A stretch of DNA of 64,000 nt from Thermoanaerobaculia bacterium (GTDB taxonomy: Bacteria > Acidobacteriota > Thermoanaerobaculia > Gp7-AA8): contig DATEZA010000319.1 of assembly GCA_035255945.1 (NCBI GenBank), forward strand, positions 1,606 through 65,605, read 5' to 3'. The first letter of the stretch is position 1. The number at the start of each line of letters is the position of its first letter. Of this stretch, positions 31,588-45,608 are shown in pieces. The notes beneath the pieces are model-generated. The model had not been told where the DNA came from. It did no database searches and saw only the letters and a program-made list of their open reading frames with translations. Both the position numbers and the translations under genes were made by a program.

Positions 31588-34011
31588 TTAAGCCGCGCCC
31601 TCGCCTTCGATCGGCGCTTTGTAGTCGCACTCCGCGTTGTTGCAGTACTCGATGTGCCCTTCGCGCTTCGTCGTCTTCTCGAGGAGATACGGCGCGCCGC
31701 ATTTCGGACACGGCTTGTTCAGCGGACGATTGTTCAGCGCGAACTCGCACTTCGGGTAACGCGAGCAGGAGTAGAAGATGCCGCGGCGCGAGCGGCGCTC
31801 GACGAGCTCACCTTCGCCGCACTGCGGGCACTTCACACCGGTCGGCTTGGGAGGCGTCGACTTGCCGCCGCCGATCTTGCGGATGTTCTTGCAGTCGGGA
31901 TAACCGGAGCACGAGTAGAACGGGCCGTAACGGCCGCTCTTGAGCACCATCTCCTTGCCGCAGTTCTCGCACGGCGGCTGCGGCTCGGTCGGGATGTTCG
32001 CCTTCATCAGGCGCGGATCCTTCGTGTTCTTGCAGTCGGGGTAACCGGTGCAGGCGTAGAACTGGCCGAAGCGCGAGCGCTTGAGCTGCATCGGCTTGCC
32101 GCATTTGTCGCAGATGATCTCTTCGCCCTCGGTCGCGACTTCCGCTGCGTCCCCCTTCGCCATCTCCTTCGTCGTCTTGCACTCGGGATAGTTGGAGCAG
32201 GCGAGGAACTCGCCGAAGCGTCCGAACTTGATCACCATCGGCGATCCGCAGTTCTCGCACTTCTCTTCCGTTTCGAGGCCCGTGCCCTTCACCGACTGCA
32301 TCTCTTTCTCGGCGCGGGCGAGATCGGTCGTGAACTTCGCGGAGAACTCGCGCATCAGCGCGGTCCACTCGATCTGGCCCTCTTCGACTTCGTCGAGCTC
32401 CTCTTCGAGACGCGCGGTGTAGGTCTCGTCGATGATGTCGCCGAACGACTGCTTGAGCAGCTTCGAGATCAGCACGCCGAGCTGCGTCGGAAAGAACTTG
32501 CCCTCGTGCTTGTAGGTGTAGTCGCGGGTCTGGATGGTGGTGAGGATCTGGCCGTACGTCGACGGACGGCCGATGCCGTTCTCTTCCAGCGCTTTCACCA
32601 GCGTCGCTTCGGTGTAGCGCGGCGGAGGCTGCGTGAAGTTCTGCTTCGTGTCGAGATTGAGCAGCTCGAGCACGTCGCCTTCGTTCATCGGCGGCAGCGC
32701 CTTGTCGTTCTCCGGCTTCTCCTCGTCATCTTCATCGCCCGCCGGCTCCTGGAAGACGGCGAGGTAACCGGCGAACTTGAGCACTTCGCCCGACGCACGG
32801 AAGGTGTAGTTGCCGTTGCGGATGTCGGCGTCGGTGACGTCGAACAGGGCCGGCTTCATCTGCGACGCGACGAAGCGGTCCCAGATCATCTTGTAGATGT
32901 TGAACTCTTCCCTGGTCAGGAAGTCCTTGATCGCTTCCGGCTCGAACTCGGTCGACGTGGGGCGGATCGCCTCGTGCGCTTCCTGCGCCTGTGCAGCTTT
33001 TTTGACCTTATAAACGTTCGGCTTTTCGGGAAGGATATCGGCGCCGTATTTCGTGCCGATATATTGTCTAACTTCGCCGAGTGCGTCGTCGGAGATGCGG
33101 ACCGAGTCGGTACGCATGTAGCTGATCAGTCCGACCAGTCCGTGCGGTCCGAGCTCCTTGCCCTCGTACAGCTTCTGGGCGATCGACATCGTCCGCTTCA
33201 CGGGGTACTTGTAGCGGTTGTACGCGGCGCGCTGCAGCGTCGAGGTGATGAAGGGCGGCGCCGCGGACTGGCGCTTTTCCTTGCGTGCGATCGTGTCGAC
33301 GACGAACTTCCCGCCCTTGACCGCGCTCTCTATCTGACGCGCGATCGTCTCGTTCGAAACGTCGGCTTTCTTGCCTTCGACCTTCGTCAGCTTGGCAATG
33401 AACGGCGGCGGAGTCTGCGCCGCGAGCTTCGCCGCGAACGTCCAGTACTCCTCGGGGACGAACGCTTTGATGTCGTCCTCGCGGTCCGTGATCATCTTCA
33501 GCGCGACCGATTGCACGCGTCCCGCGGAGAGACCGCGGCGGACTTTGTCCCACAGCAGCGGCGAGATCTTGTAGCCGACCAGGCGATCGAGCACACGGCG
33601 CGCCTGCTGGGCGTTGACCTTGTTCATGTCGATCTCGCCCGGATTCTCCATCGCCTTCTTCACCGCGTTCTTGGTGATCTCGTGGAAGAGCACGCGGCGG
33701 ACTTTTTTGGAGTCGGTGCCGAGGAGCGACATCACATGCCAGCCGATCGCTTCGCCTTCGCGATCAGGGTCCGACGCGATGTAGATCGTTTCCGCTTTCT
33801 TCGCGGCGGCTTTGAGCTCGCTCACGACTTTCTCTTTGCCTTCGAGGATTTCGTACTTCGGCTCAAAGGTCTCCTCGTCGACACCGAGCTCGCTCTTCGG
33901 CAGGTCGCGCACGTGACCGACCGAGGCCTTCACGATGTAGTCCTTGCCGATGAACTTGTTGATGGTCTTCGCTTTCGCGGGAGACTCGACGATGACGAGA
34001 TTTCTGGCCAT
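31588..34011 (-). CDS. topA: DNA topoisomerase I with C-terminal zinc-ribbon repeats
   Basis: The start was chosen at MARNLVIVESPAKAKTINKF (Toprim). The product has the active-site region and four C-terminal CxxC...CxxC ribbons. Confidence 0.9.
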   Translation of the reverse strand: MARNLVIVESPAKAKTINKFIGKDYIVKASVGHVRDLPKSELGVDEETFEPKYEILEGKEKVVSELKAAAKKAETIYIASDPDREGEAIGWHVMSLLGTDSKKVRRVLFHEITKNAVKKAMENPGEIDMNKVNAQQARRVLDRLVGYKISPLLWDKVRRGLSAGRVQSVALKMITDREDDIKAFVPEEYWTFAAKLAAQTPPPFIAKLTKVEGKKADVSNETIARQIESAVKGGKFVVDTIARKEKRQSAAPPFITSTLQRAAYNRYKYPVKRTMSIAQKLYEGKELGPHGLVGLISYMRTDSVRISDDALGEVRQYIGTKYGADILPEKPNVYKVKKAAQAQEAHEAIRPTSTEFEPEAIKDFLTREEFNIYKMIWDRFVASQMKPALFDVTDADIRNGNYTFRASGEVLKFAGYLAVFQEPAGDEDDEEKPENDKALPPMNEGDVLELLNLDTKQNFTQPPPRYTEATLVKALEENGIGRPSTYGQILTTIQTRDYTYKHEGKFFPTQLGVLISKLLKQSFGDIIDETYTARLEEELDEVEEGQIEWTALMREFSAKFTTDLARAEKEMQSVKGTGLETEEKCENCGSPMVIKFGRFGEFLACSNYPECKTTKEMAKGDAAEVATEGEEIICDKCGKPMQLKRSRFGQFYACTGYPDCKNTKDPRLMKANIPTEPQPPCENCGKEMVLKSGRYGPFYSCSGYPDCKNIRKIGGGKSTPPKPTGVKCPQCGEGELVERRSRRGIFYSCSRYPKCEFALNNRPLNKPCPKCGAPYLLEKTTKREGHIEYCNNAECDYKAPIEGEGAA

Positions 34012-34114
34012 AGCGGAACGCCGAACTGCGCGGCGGACACTCGAAATTCCTCGCGCGCGCATGATGCGCGAGAGCGACGGACCATATCAGAGGCCACTCT
34101 GGCGCGCAAAAAAC

Positions 34115-34744
34115 CTACGCCGTGTAGACGATTCGAAAAGCGGCCTGCGCGCCGGGAGGACAGTCCTCGATCGGCTCGAAACTGATGCCGACGAGCGACT
34201 CCGCGGCGTCGCGCACCGCCTTCGTCACCAGGATCTCGTGCGCCTTCGCGATGTCCTCACCGAGCTTCGACGCGGCGTTCACTTCCGCGCCGAACACGTC
34301 CGCATCGCCGATGCGCAGCACGCGTCCGAATCCGAGTCCTACGCAGAGCAGCACGTGCTCCTGCGGTATGCGCGCGGCGTTGTAGCGCATCGTCGTTTGC
34401 TGCATCTCGATCGATGCGCGGATCGCCTTCTGCACGTTGCGAAAGATGACGAAGAAGCTGTCGCCTTCGACTTTCAGCAGGATGCCGTCGTGCTTCTCGA
34501 TGACCGGAATCAGGACTCTCTCCGACTCGTAGATCGTCTGGAGAAAATGGATGATCCCGAATTCGGCGACGTTGCGTGAGAAGCCGGCGAGATCGGTGGC
34601 CATGATGCACCACTCCTCGCCGAACAGATCCCAGATGCGCTGATCGATCGCCTCGCGATCGGCCGCCGCTTCGATGCGCTCCTCGATCAGTTTTTCGAGC
34701 CGGTCTTCAGAAGCGCCGTGAACGATGCGACGGCGGAAAGTCAT
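34115..34744 (-). CDS. Class III adenylate/guanylate cyclase catalytic-domain protein
   Basis: The 209-aa product has CHD motifs: IMATDLAGFS and LKVEGDSFFVIF. Confidence 0.7.
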   Translation of the reverse strand: MTFRRRIVHGASEDRLEKLIEERIEAAADREAIDQRIWDLFGEEWCIMATDLAGFSRNVAEFGIIHFLQTIYESERVLIPVIEKHDGILLKVEGDSFFVIFRNVQKAIRASIEMQQTTMRYNAARIPQEHVLLCVGLGFGRVLRIGDADVFGAEVNAASKLGEDIAKAHEILVTKAVRDAAESLVGISFEPIEDCPPGAQAAFRIVYTA

Positions 34745-34795
34745 GGTTACGCGGTTGCGAGGCTACGCGGTTGCGGGGTGGGCGATACCGCGCAA

Positions 34796-36166
34796 CTACT
34801 CCTCATCGTCCGCGCCCGCCGCTTTGTACTTCTTCGTCTTGTTGTAGAGCGTCTTGTACGAGATGCCGAGGATTTCGGCGGTCTTGCGGCGATCGCCGTC
34901 GGTCATGTTGAGCGTCTCTTCGATGACGATACGCTCGACCTCTTCCATCGGCTGACCGAGCGGAATCTGCACCGCGTTCCGCGCGCGGCGCTTGCGCGCG
35001 CCGAGGAGTTTGTCCGGGAGACACTCGACCGTGAGCGTGTCGCTGCGCGCCATGATGAACGCGCGGTTCATCACGTTGCGCAGCTCGCGCACGTTGCCCT
35101 GCCACTCGTACGCCTGCAGCGCCTCGATGAACTCCTGGTCGATGTTCTCGACCTTCTTGTCCTCGGTCTCGTTCAGCTTCTGCAGGAAGAAGTGCGCGAA
35201 GAGCGGGATGTCTTCGAGACGCTCCCGCAGCGGCGGCACTTCGATGGGGAAGACGTTGAGGCGGTAGTAGAGATCCTCGCGCATGCGGCCGTCCTGAATC
35301 GCTTTCTGCGGATCGCGATTCGAGGCGGCGATGATGCGTGCGTCGATGTTGATCTCGTCGTTGCCGCCGACGCGGCGGAACTTGCCCTCTTCGAGCACGC
35401 GCAGCAGTTTGACCTGCAGCTCGATCGGCATTTCGGTGATTTCGTCGAGGAACACCGTGCCGCCCTTCGCGGTCTCGAAGTAGCCCTCGCGGCGTTTGAT
35501 CGCGTTCGTGAATGCGCCTTTTTCGTGTCCGAAGATCTCGGACTCGATCAGCGTCGGCGAGATCGCGCCGCAGTTGAATGCGATGAACGGCTTATTGCGG
35601 CGGCGGGAGAGCGAGTGGATCGTGTTGGCGACGACTTCCTTGCCCGATCCCGACTCACCGACGATGAACACGTTCGCGTCGGTGTTCGCGACCATCTCGA
35701 TTTCTTCGAAGAGCTTCTGCATCCGCGGCGATTTGCCGACCAGATGTCCGAGGGCTCCCATCTTCTGCAGCTGACGACGAAGCTCGAGGATTTCCTGCTT
35801 CATCATCTGCTTGTCTTCGATCGACTTCAGGATGACCTGCAGTCGCGGCAGATCGACCGGCTTCGTGACGTAGTCTTCGGCGCCGACCTTCAGCGCCCTG
35901 ACCGCCGAGTCGACCGTGGCGTGTCCGGTGAGGATGATGACGGAGACGTCGGAGTACTGCTCCTTGATGCGATGCAGCAGATCGAGGCCCGAGCCGTCGG
36001 GCAACTTCAGATCGACGATCGCGACGTCGGGCACGAGCTTGGAGATTGCCGCCCACCCGGCTTTCACCGAGTCCGCGAGCTCCGGCTCGTAGCCCCACTC
36101 CTCGACGACATCGGCCATCCCCGCGCTGGTTGCGCGGTCATCATCAACGATCAAAACTCGTTTCAT
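34796..36166 (-). CDS. Sigma-54-dependent response regulator (NtrC family)
   Basis: The product has a REC domain (VLIVDDD...D54), an AAA+ domain (GESGSGKE, the [15 protein letters not shown] region including GAFTNA) and a C-terminal Fis-type HTH. Confidence 0.9.
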   Translation of the reverse strand: MKRVLIVDDDRATSAGMADVVEEWGYEPELADSVKAGWAAISKLVPDVAIVDLKLPDGSGLDLLHRIKEQYSDVSVIILTGHATVDSAVRALKVGAEDYVTKPVDLPRLQVILKSIEDKQMMKQEILELRRQLQKMGALGHLVGKSPRMQKLFEEIEMVANTDANVFIVGESGSGKEVVANTIHSLSRRRNKPFIAFNCGAISPTLIESEIFGHEKGAFTNAIKRREGYFETAKGGTVFLDEITEMPIELQVKLLRVLEEGKFRRVGGNDEINIDARIIAASNRDPQKAIQDGRMREDLYYRLNVFPIEVPPLRERLEDIPLFAHFFLQKLNETEDKKVENIDQEFIEALQAYEWQGNVRELRNVMNRAFIMARSDTLTVECLPDKLLGARKRRARNAVQIPLGQPMEEVERIVIEETLNMTDGDRRKTAEILGISYKTLYNKTKKYKAAGADDEE

Positions 36167-36828
36167 CGTTCTCCCGTGGAAAAGGACAGCCGCAAGCTGA
36201 CCTTATCACTTTCCTGCCACGCATTCAGCTCGCCGCCGTAGGTTTCGGCGATGAGTCTGGCGGTCGCGAGTGAGAGGTCAGGATTGCCGGCCGGATCTGT
36301 GTAGTAGAACTTGAAAATCTTCGTAAGCTCGAAATCATCGGTGACCGGATTTCCAGTCACAGTGATCCGAAATTCACGTGCATCGTGTTCAGCCGTTGCT
36401 GCGCGCTCGCCTGACGCAAGCACTTTTGCCGCACCGTCGAAGAACATCTTCACCGCCTGCCGGATTCTCGATTCGTGCGCAGGAATGATGGCCGGTCCGG
36501 CAACCTCGAGCGTGTAGCCGGCGGCCTGTGCAGCATCGATGAGGAGCGGTGCGAGATCGAGCGCCGCCGGTGCTTCGTCGTTTTTCGGCGGCGTCGATAA
36601 CAAAAAAAAGCAGTCGAAGATGCGGGCCATGCGACGGAGCTCGGTCTCGATCGCGAGCGCGTATGCGATGAGCTTCTCGTCATCGCTGCCGTCGGTCAGT
36701 TTGCGGACTCGCATCCGCAGCAGCTCGAGATTGAGCACGGCGACATTGAGCGGCGTTTTCAGATCGTGCGCCGTGTCGCTACTGCGCCTGAAATTTGCGC
36801 GTGCGAATTGTTCGAGCCAGGAGTCCAA
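36163..36828 (-). CDS. Sensor-less cytoplasmic histidine kinase (HisKA + HATPase)
   Basis: The 221-aa product has the H-box SDTAHDLKTPLN and a C-terminal ATPase-like region. Its stop overlaps the regulator start (ATGA). Confidence 0.65.
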   Translation of the reverse strand: MDSWLEQFARANFRRSSDTAHDLKTPLNVAVLNLELLRMRVRKLTDGSDDEKLIAYALAIETELRRMARIFDCFFLLSTPPKNDEAPAALDLAPLLIDAAQAAGYTLEVAGPAIIPAHESRIRQAVKMFFDGAAKVLASGERAATAEHDAREFRITVTGNPVTDDFELTKIFKFYYTDPAGNPDLSLATARLIAETYGGELNAWQESDKVSLRLSFSTGER

Positions 36829-36864
36829 TTTGACTCCACCTAATGCAAGGAAGAGGCCGGTGCC

Positions 36865-37281
36865 CTACCGGCCGTGATGCACGTTGATCAGTGCAATCGA
36901 TTCTTCCAGCTTGCCTTCGACCACCGTGAACTCCGGATCATGCGACGAGAGGTACGCGAGCTCTTTCTCCGCTTCGAGACGCTCGCGCTCCGCAGCCGCT
37001 GCATCGATCTCGCTCGGCAGAATGCCGCGCTCCGCGAGCACGATGACGCGATCGGGCAGGACCTCCGCGAAGCCCCACGACAACACCATCCGTTCGAGCT
37101 TGCCGCCGGTGCGATACCGCATCTCGCCGATGCGCAATGTGGTCAGCAGCGGAGTGTGCCCTGGCAGAACGCCGATCTCGCCGTCCGTTGCCGGAAGCAC
37201 CACTTCGTCCGCTTCGGTGTCGATGATCTTCCGCTCGCGCGTGACCACCGTGAGGTTGATCTTGGTCGGGAGGTCCGCCAT
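36865..37281 (-). CDS. atpC: ATP synthase F1 epsilon subunit
   Basis: The 138-aa product begins MADLPTKINLTVVTRER...LPGHTPLLT. Confidence 0.85.
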   Translation of the reverse strand: MADLPTKINLTVVTRERKIIDTEADEVVLPATDGEIGVLPGHTPLLTTLRIGEMRYRTGGKLERMVLSWGFAEVLPDRVIVLAERGILPSEIDAAAAERERLEAEKELAYLSSHDPEFTVVEGKLEESIALINVHHGR

Positions 37282-37291
37282 CGGAGTTTCC

Positions 37292-39615
<2,324 letters not shown>

Positions 39616-39621
39616 GTTCGC

Positions 39622-41160
<1,539 letters not shown>

Positions 41161-41202
41161 ATGGTCTCCGTTAATTGGCCGTGAAACTGATTACGAATTT
41201 GT

Positions 41203-41736
41203 TCACGCTAACGACGCTCGGAATTTGTTGATTTTGCCGGCGACAGACGCGTCCCAGATCTCGCTTCCGACCTGAGCCACGAATCCGCCGAGCAGCGTCG
41301 GATCGGTGGTCAGCTGCAGCTCGACTTTCTTGCCCAGCTTCTTCTCCAGCGTCTGCCGGAGCTCGTTCTGTTCGTCCTGGTTGAGCGCATGCGCGGTGCG
41401 GACATCGGCAACCGCGATCTGCAGCGCGTCATTGACGTACTGCACGAGTGCATCGTTGATCGCGCCGAGGTCGTTGATTCGGTGGTTGCGGATCAGGACG
41501 TCGAGGACCTTCACCGCGAGATCGGAAAGACCGAGCCGCTTTGCGATCTCGGCGGTGACTTTCGTCTTCGCGTCAGACTCAAATCCGGGATTGGCGTAAA
41601 AGTCCTGCAGCTCGACCGACTTGGCGCGCTGCGCATCGAACTGCTCGAGTTGCTGGCGAAGCTCGTTCGCCGCGGCGGGCGAGCCGGTGACATCCATGAT
41701 CGCGCGGGCGTACGGGCGGGCGAAGCGGCGAATCAT
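41203..41736 (-). CDS. atpH: ATP synthase F1 delta subunit (OSCP)
   Basis: The 177-aa product has the position and pattern of the delta subunit and overlaps atpF by 4 nt. Confidence 0.8.
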   Translation of the reverse strand: MIRRFARPYARAIMDVTGSPAAANELRQQLEQFDAQRAKSVELQDFYANPGFESDAKTKVTAEIAKRLGLSDLAVKVLDVLIRNHRINDLGAINDALVQYVNDALQIAVADVRTAHALNQDEQNELRQTLEKKLGKKVELQLTTDPTLLGGFVAQVGSEIWDASVAGKINKFRASLA

Positions 41737-42374
41737 CGAACGGTCTCCAGTTCTTTGACGCTCTCGCTGAACAGCTTGTGGCGATCGGCGTCATTGATCC
41801 GCTCGCGCAGCAGCGCTTCGGCGCGCTCGCTCGCGAGCTCGCCGGCGTATTCGGTCAGGTCGTGCCGCGCGCGCTTGAGTTTGTTGTCGACTTCGTTGCG
41901 TGCCGCCGTGAGGATCTTCTGCGCTTCCGCTTCGGCCGCGGCGATCAGCTCGCGCTTCTGCCGCTCGCCTTCCGCCTCGGCACGCTCCCGGATCGCGCGC
42001 AGCTCGTCTTCGATTTGTGCGAGCCGCGTCTGAATGTCGGTTGCGAGTTGGTCGGCTTTCGCACGACGATCGCGCGCTTCGTCCGCTGCGCGGCGAATCT
42101 GTTCGCTTCGTGCCGCGAATGCGTTCTTGATCGGGCCGCCGATCAGCCATCCGAGGACGCCGAGGAACACGAGCATGTTCGCCAGCTTGAGGATCCACGC
42201 CGGGATTCCGAAGTAGGCCTTCGGCGCTTCGTGACCTTCCCCGTGCTCTTCGCCCGGATGCGCAACTTTGTGAGCGGCCTTCTCGCTGCCATGCGCGACA
42301 TCGTTCGCGTTCTGCTGCGCGAAGAGCGGCGCGGCAACGACAAGAAGAATGAGGAGGAGCAGGAGCTTCCGCAT
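41733..42374 (-). CDS. atpF: ATP synthase Fo subunit b
   Basis: The 213-aa product has an N-terminal hydrophobic segment and then a long charged coiled coil. Confidence 0.75.
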   Translation of the reverse strand: MRKLLLLLILLVVAAPLFAQQNANDVAHGSEKAAHKVAHPGEEHGEGHEAPKAYFGIPAWILKLANMLVFLGVLGWLIGGPIKNAFAARSEQIRRAADEARDRRAKADQLATDIQTRLAQIEDELRAIRERAEAEGERQKRELIAAAEAEAQKILTAARNEVDNKLKRARHDLTEYAGELASERAEALLRERINDADRHKLFSESVKELETVR

Positions 42375-42808
42375 CAGACCGCCCTCCCGAGAATTCGCTG
42401 CGCTGCTTCGCGAGCGAGCGATTCGGACTCGCTCACGATCTTCTCGCGGGCGGCCTGCACGTCGCGGCTGAGATGCTCGTCTGCGTCGGCGACGACGGCC
42501 TTCGCATCCGCATTCGTTTTGTCGATCATCGACTGACGCTGGGCCGCCGCCTCGCCGCGGTAGTGCTCGCGAACCTGCGCCGCATCGCGCTTTGCCGTGT
42601 GCAGACGCGATTCGATGTCGGCGGTTGCGGAGGTGAATCGGGCAAGCGCTTCTTCGTGGAGACGGTCTGCGGTCGTCGTTTCCGTCTCACGCGCTTCGAG
42701 CACGTCGTTGATCGGCTTGAGGAAGAACTTCCGCACGATCAGGTAATTCAAAAAGAAGATCACCATGATCGCGGGCAGAGACAGATCGGGCGTTAGATTG
42801 ATTTGCAT
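42374..42808 (-). CDS. ATP synthase Fo subunit b' (second b-type subunit)
   Basis: The 144-aa product has one N-terminal TM helix (LSLPAIMVIFFLNYLIVRKFFL) followed by a coiled coil, directly upstream of atpF. Confidence 0.7.
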   Translation of the reverse strand: MQINLTPDLSLPAIMVIFFLNYLIVRKFFLKPINDVLEARETETTTADRLHEEALARFTSATADIESRLHTAKRDAAQVREHYRGEAAAQRQSMIDKTNADAKAVVADADEHLSRDVQAAREKIVSESESLAREAAQRILGRAV

Positions 42809-42936
42809 AGCTCACAGGAGTCAGACGACTTTGGCGGCGTGCGGCGGGCTCGGCAACAACGGTGCGCGCTGCCCCAAAGTTGCGGCTATATACCACAAGG
42901 AAACAACGCTGTCACGAGGGCGGTTGACCACTCCGC

Positions 42937-43512
42937 GTGGCGGACGAAACCTACAAACGGATCCTATCCCGGGCCGACGAGTTCTTCGACTCCGTGATGC
43001 AGTCGCAGCCCCAGAGCCTGCAGTGCGGCCGCGGCTGTTCCCTCTGTTGTTACGGCCTGTTCGAGATTGGCGCAGCGGATGTTGCGGTGATTGCGGATGG
43101 CCTGTCGAAGCTGAATCCCGCGCGTCGCGACATGATCATCCGGCGCGCGGTCGACATCGTCGCGTCGAGCCGCCATCCCAACCTGCGCGAGTGCTCGCCG
43201 ATCGAGAAGGACGAGTTCTTCGAGCGCACAGCATCGACACCCTGTCCGAATCTCGACGACAGCGGCTTGTGCATGATCTACGAGCATCGCCCGCTCGTCT
43301 GCCGCACGTTCGGACTCCCGCTGCGCGACGGCGCGCGCTACATCGGCGACGTGTGCGAGCTGAACTTCGAAGAGGCGACGATCGACGAAAAGGAATCAGC
43401 CGCGTGGGATCTGCAGTGGGAGGACGCGCTCGGACCGGAAGACGAGTACACGATTCCGGAGGCGATCATCCTCGCGGCGCGCATGCGGAGCTGGCTACGC
43501 GTGTCATCCTGA
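42937..43512 (+). CDS. YkgJ-family cysteine-cluster (putative Fe/Zn-chelating) protein
   Basis: The 191-aa product has CGRGCSLCC and later CxxxC...C motifs. Its stop codon lies within the left arm of the family-A element (VSS*). Confidence 0.65.
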   Translation: MADETYKRILSRADEFFDSVMQSQPQSLQCGRGCSLCCYGLFEIGAADVAVIADGLSKLNPARRDMIIRRAVDIVASSRHPNLRECSPIEKDEFFERTASTPCPNLDDSGLCMIYEHRPLVCRTFGLPLRDGARYIGDVCELNFEEATIDEKESAAWDLQWEDALGPEDEYTIPEAIILAARMRSWLRVSS

Positions 43513-43587
43513 GCTGCGGAGACGGCGAAGGACCCGTTGATCGCGCTCGAGTCACGGTTCTTCGCGCTCTGCGGCGCTCAGGATGAC
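43503..43587. repeat. Family-A inverted-repeat element between convergent genes
   Basis: gtcatcctgagctgcggagacggcgaaggacccgt ... tcacggttcttcgcgctctgcggcgctcaggatgac. Both arms supply stop codons: for ykgJ on the plus strand and for the bactofilin gene on the minus strand. Confidence 0.8.
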
Positions 43588-43958
43588 ACCTTCAGATTCG
43601 CGACGTTGCCGCCCTTCGACTTCTCGCCCATCACGCAATTGCCCTGAAAAATCGCCCCTTCTTCGATGATGAGCGCCGGCGTGTCGATATCGCTGTAGAC
43701 CTTTCCGTTGCGGTGAATCTCGACGCGCTGGTCGGCGACGATCTTTCCGATGACGGTGCCGCTGATGGCGACGCGGCCGACGTGAATGTCACCTTCGATC
43801 TGCGCGCTCTCGCCGACGATGAGCTCATTCTTCGATGTGATCCGGCCGTTGAACCGCCCGTCGATCCGCATCGTGTCCTCGAACTCGAGCTCTCCTTTGA
43901 ATAGTGAGCCGCGATCGAGGAATCCGTTCAGTTCACCGCTCTTGCCCTTCGTCGTCAT
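43578..43958 (-). CDS. Bactofilin (DUF583 cytoskeletal polymer)
   Basis: The 126-aa product has beta-helical repeats (GRFNGRITSKNELIVGESAQIEGDIHVGRVAISGTVIGKIVAD). It overlaps the parB stop by 4 nt and ends VSS* inside the family-A element. Confidence 0.8.
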   Translation of the reverse strand: MTTKGKSGELNGFLDRGSLFKGELEFEDTMRIDGRFNGRITSKNELIVGESAQIEGDIHVGRVAISGTVIGKIVADQRVEIHRNGKVYSDIDTPALIIEEGAIFQGNCVMGEKSKGGNVANLKVSS

Positions 43959-44836
43959 CGTTTTCTCCCCATCAGATCGTCAAACAAGCGGATCAGATCT
44001 TCTTCGCTGGCAAAGCGGATGTGAATCACGCCGCCGCGGCGCTTGCGGTTTATTTCTACTTTTGTTCGTAAAGTCTTTTGCAGTTTTTCCTCGGCGTCGC
44101 GCGTGAAGACGTCCTTCTCTTTTTCCTTCTTCTCGACCCTTTGCGGCGAGCTCTCCGAGGCGAGCATCTCCGTCTGGCGGACATTGAGGTTGCGCTTCAC
44201 CACGCGGTCAGCGAGCGCCTCCTGCTTCTTCGGCGACTCCACCGCGAGAAGCGCGCGCGCGTGCCCCATCGACAGCTGTCCGGAGGCGAGCAGCTTTTTT
44301 ACGGTATCCGGCAACTTCAATAGCCTCAAGAAGTTAGCGACGGTCGAGCGCTCTTTCCCGACCTGTTTCGAGATCTCTTCCTGTGTGAGACCGAACTCCT
44401 CGTGTAATTGATGGTAGGCAAGCGCTTCTTCGATCGGGTTCAGGTCCTCGCGCTGGATATTTTCGATAAGCGCGATCTGGAGCGCGTCGCCCTCGCCCAT
44501 CATTTCTTTGACCACGACCGGAACCGTCGTCAGCCCGGCCTTCTGCGCGGCGCGGTAGCGGCGCTCGCCGGCGATCAGCTTGTAGCGATCGCCTGCGCGC
44601 GTCACGACGAGCGGCTGAACAATCCCGTGTTGTCTGACCGATCGCGCGAGCTCTTCGATCGACGCCTCGTTGAATGTCTTGCGAGGCTGGTACGGGTTCG
44701 GCGCGATCTGGTCCAGCGCGAGCTCCATCAGGCCGGCGCTCGGCACGGCTGGCGTTTGCGACGCTTCGGCCGGGCGCTGCGGGATGAGAGCGCCAAGGCC
44801 GCGGCCGAGGACTTTCTTATGATTCACCTCATCCAC
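43955..44836 (-). CDS. parB: Chromosome partitioning protein ParB
   Basis: The 293-aa product has the ParB-box motifs KVLGRGLGALI and YKLIAGERRYRAAQKAG, plus an HTH. Confidence 0.9.
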   Translation of the reverse strand: MDEVNHKKVLGRGLGALIPQRPAEASQTPAVPSAGLMELALDQIAPNPYQPRKTFNEASIEELARSVRQHGIVQPLVVTRAGDRYKLIAGERRYRAAQKAGLTTVPVVVKEMMGEGDALQIALIENIQREDLNPIEEALAYHQLHEEFGLTQEEISKQVGKERSTVANFLRLLKLPDTVKKLLASGQLSMGHARALLAVESPKKQEALADRVVKRNLNVRQTEMLASESSPQRVEKKEKEKDVFTRDAEEKLQKTLRTKVEINRKRRGGVIHIRFASEEDLIRLFDDLMGRKR

Positions 44837-44837
44837 C

Positions 44838-45608
44838 TCAGATCACGTTCTCCGCGCGTTGGATGAATTCCTTCGCGAGGTTGATGTACGCCTCGCTGCC
44901 GCGCGAGCGAATGTCGTACAGGATAATCGGTTTACCGAACGAGGGCGCTTCGCCCAGGCGGACGTTGCGAGGGATGATCGTCTCGTAGACCTTGCCCTCG
45001 AAATGCGTCCGCACCTCTTCCGCGACCTGCTTCGCGAGGTTCATGCGATCGTCGTACATCGTCAGCACGATGCCTTCCATTTCGAGCCCGGGGTTGAGCA
45101 GATCGCGCACGCGCTCGACGGTGTTGACGAGCTGCGAGATCCCTTCGAGCGCGAAGTATTCACACTGCATGGGGACGAGCACGGAGTTCGCGGCAGTCAG
45201 TCCGTTGACGGTGAGAAGGCCGAGGGATGGCGGCGAATCGAGCAGGACGTAATCGAATTCGCCGTTGATGTCCTGCAGTGCACGGCGGAGGTGAAACTCG
45301 CGACCGATCGCATCGCTCAGCTCGAGCTCCGCTCCGACAAGATCGACGGCCGAAGGCGCAATAAAGAATGTAGGAAGCTCGGTCTCCCGGATCACTTCCC
45401 GAATCTTCATCCCCTCAGTGAGGACGTTGTACATCGACTTCTCTTCGTTCTTGCTGATGCCGACGCCGGAGGTGGCGTTGGCCTGCGGATCGAGGTCGAC
45501 GACGAGCACTTTGCGCTCACAGGCCGCGAGCGAGGCTCCGAGGTTGATGGCGGTGGTGGTCTTGCCGACGCCACCTTTCTGATTCACGAGCGAGACGATC
45601 TTCGTCAT
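44838..45608 (-). CDS. parA: Chromosome partitioning ATPase ParA/Soj
   Basis: The start was chosen at MTKIVSLVNQKGGVGKTTT (deviant Walker A). It forms an ATGA overlap with the rsmG stop. Confidence 0.9.
   Translation of the reverse strand: MTKIVSLVNQKGGVGKTTTAINLGASLAACERKVLVVDLDPQANATSGVGISKNEEKSMYNVLTEGMKIREVIRETELPTFFIAPSAVDLVGAELELSDAIGREFHLRRALQDINGEFDYVLLDSPPSLGLLTVNGLTAANSVLVPMQCEYFALEGISQLVNTVERVRDLLNPGLEMEGIVLTMYDDRMNLAKQVAEEVRTHFEGKVYETIIPRNVRLGEAPSFGKPIILYDIRSRGSEAYINLAKEFIQRAENVI

Noticed and set aside
30598-34185. 1195-aa plus-strand ORF
   Set aside because: It is antisense to topA and the adenosine deaminase gene and has the low-complexity composition of a spurious GC-rich ORF.
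34718-36241. 507-aa plus-strand ORF
   Set aside because: It is antisense to the clearly recognisable sigma-54 regulator and histidine kinase.
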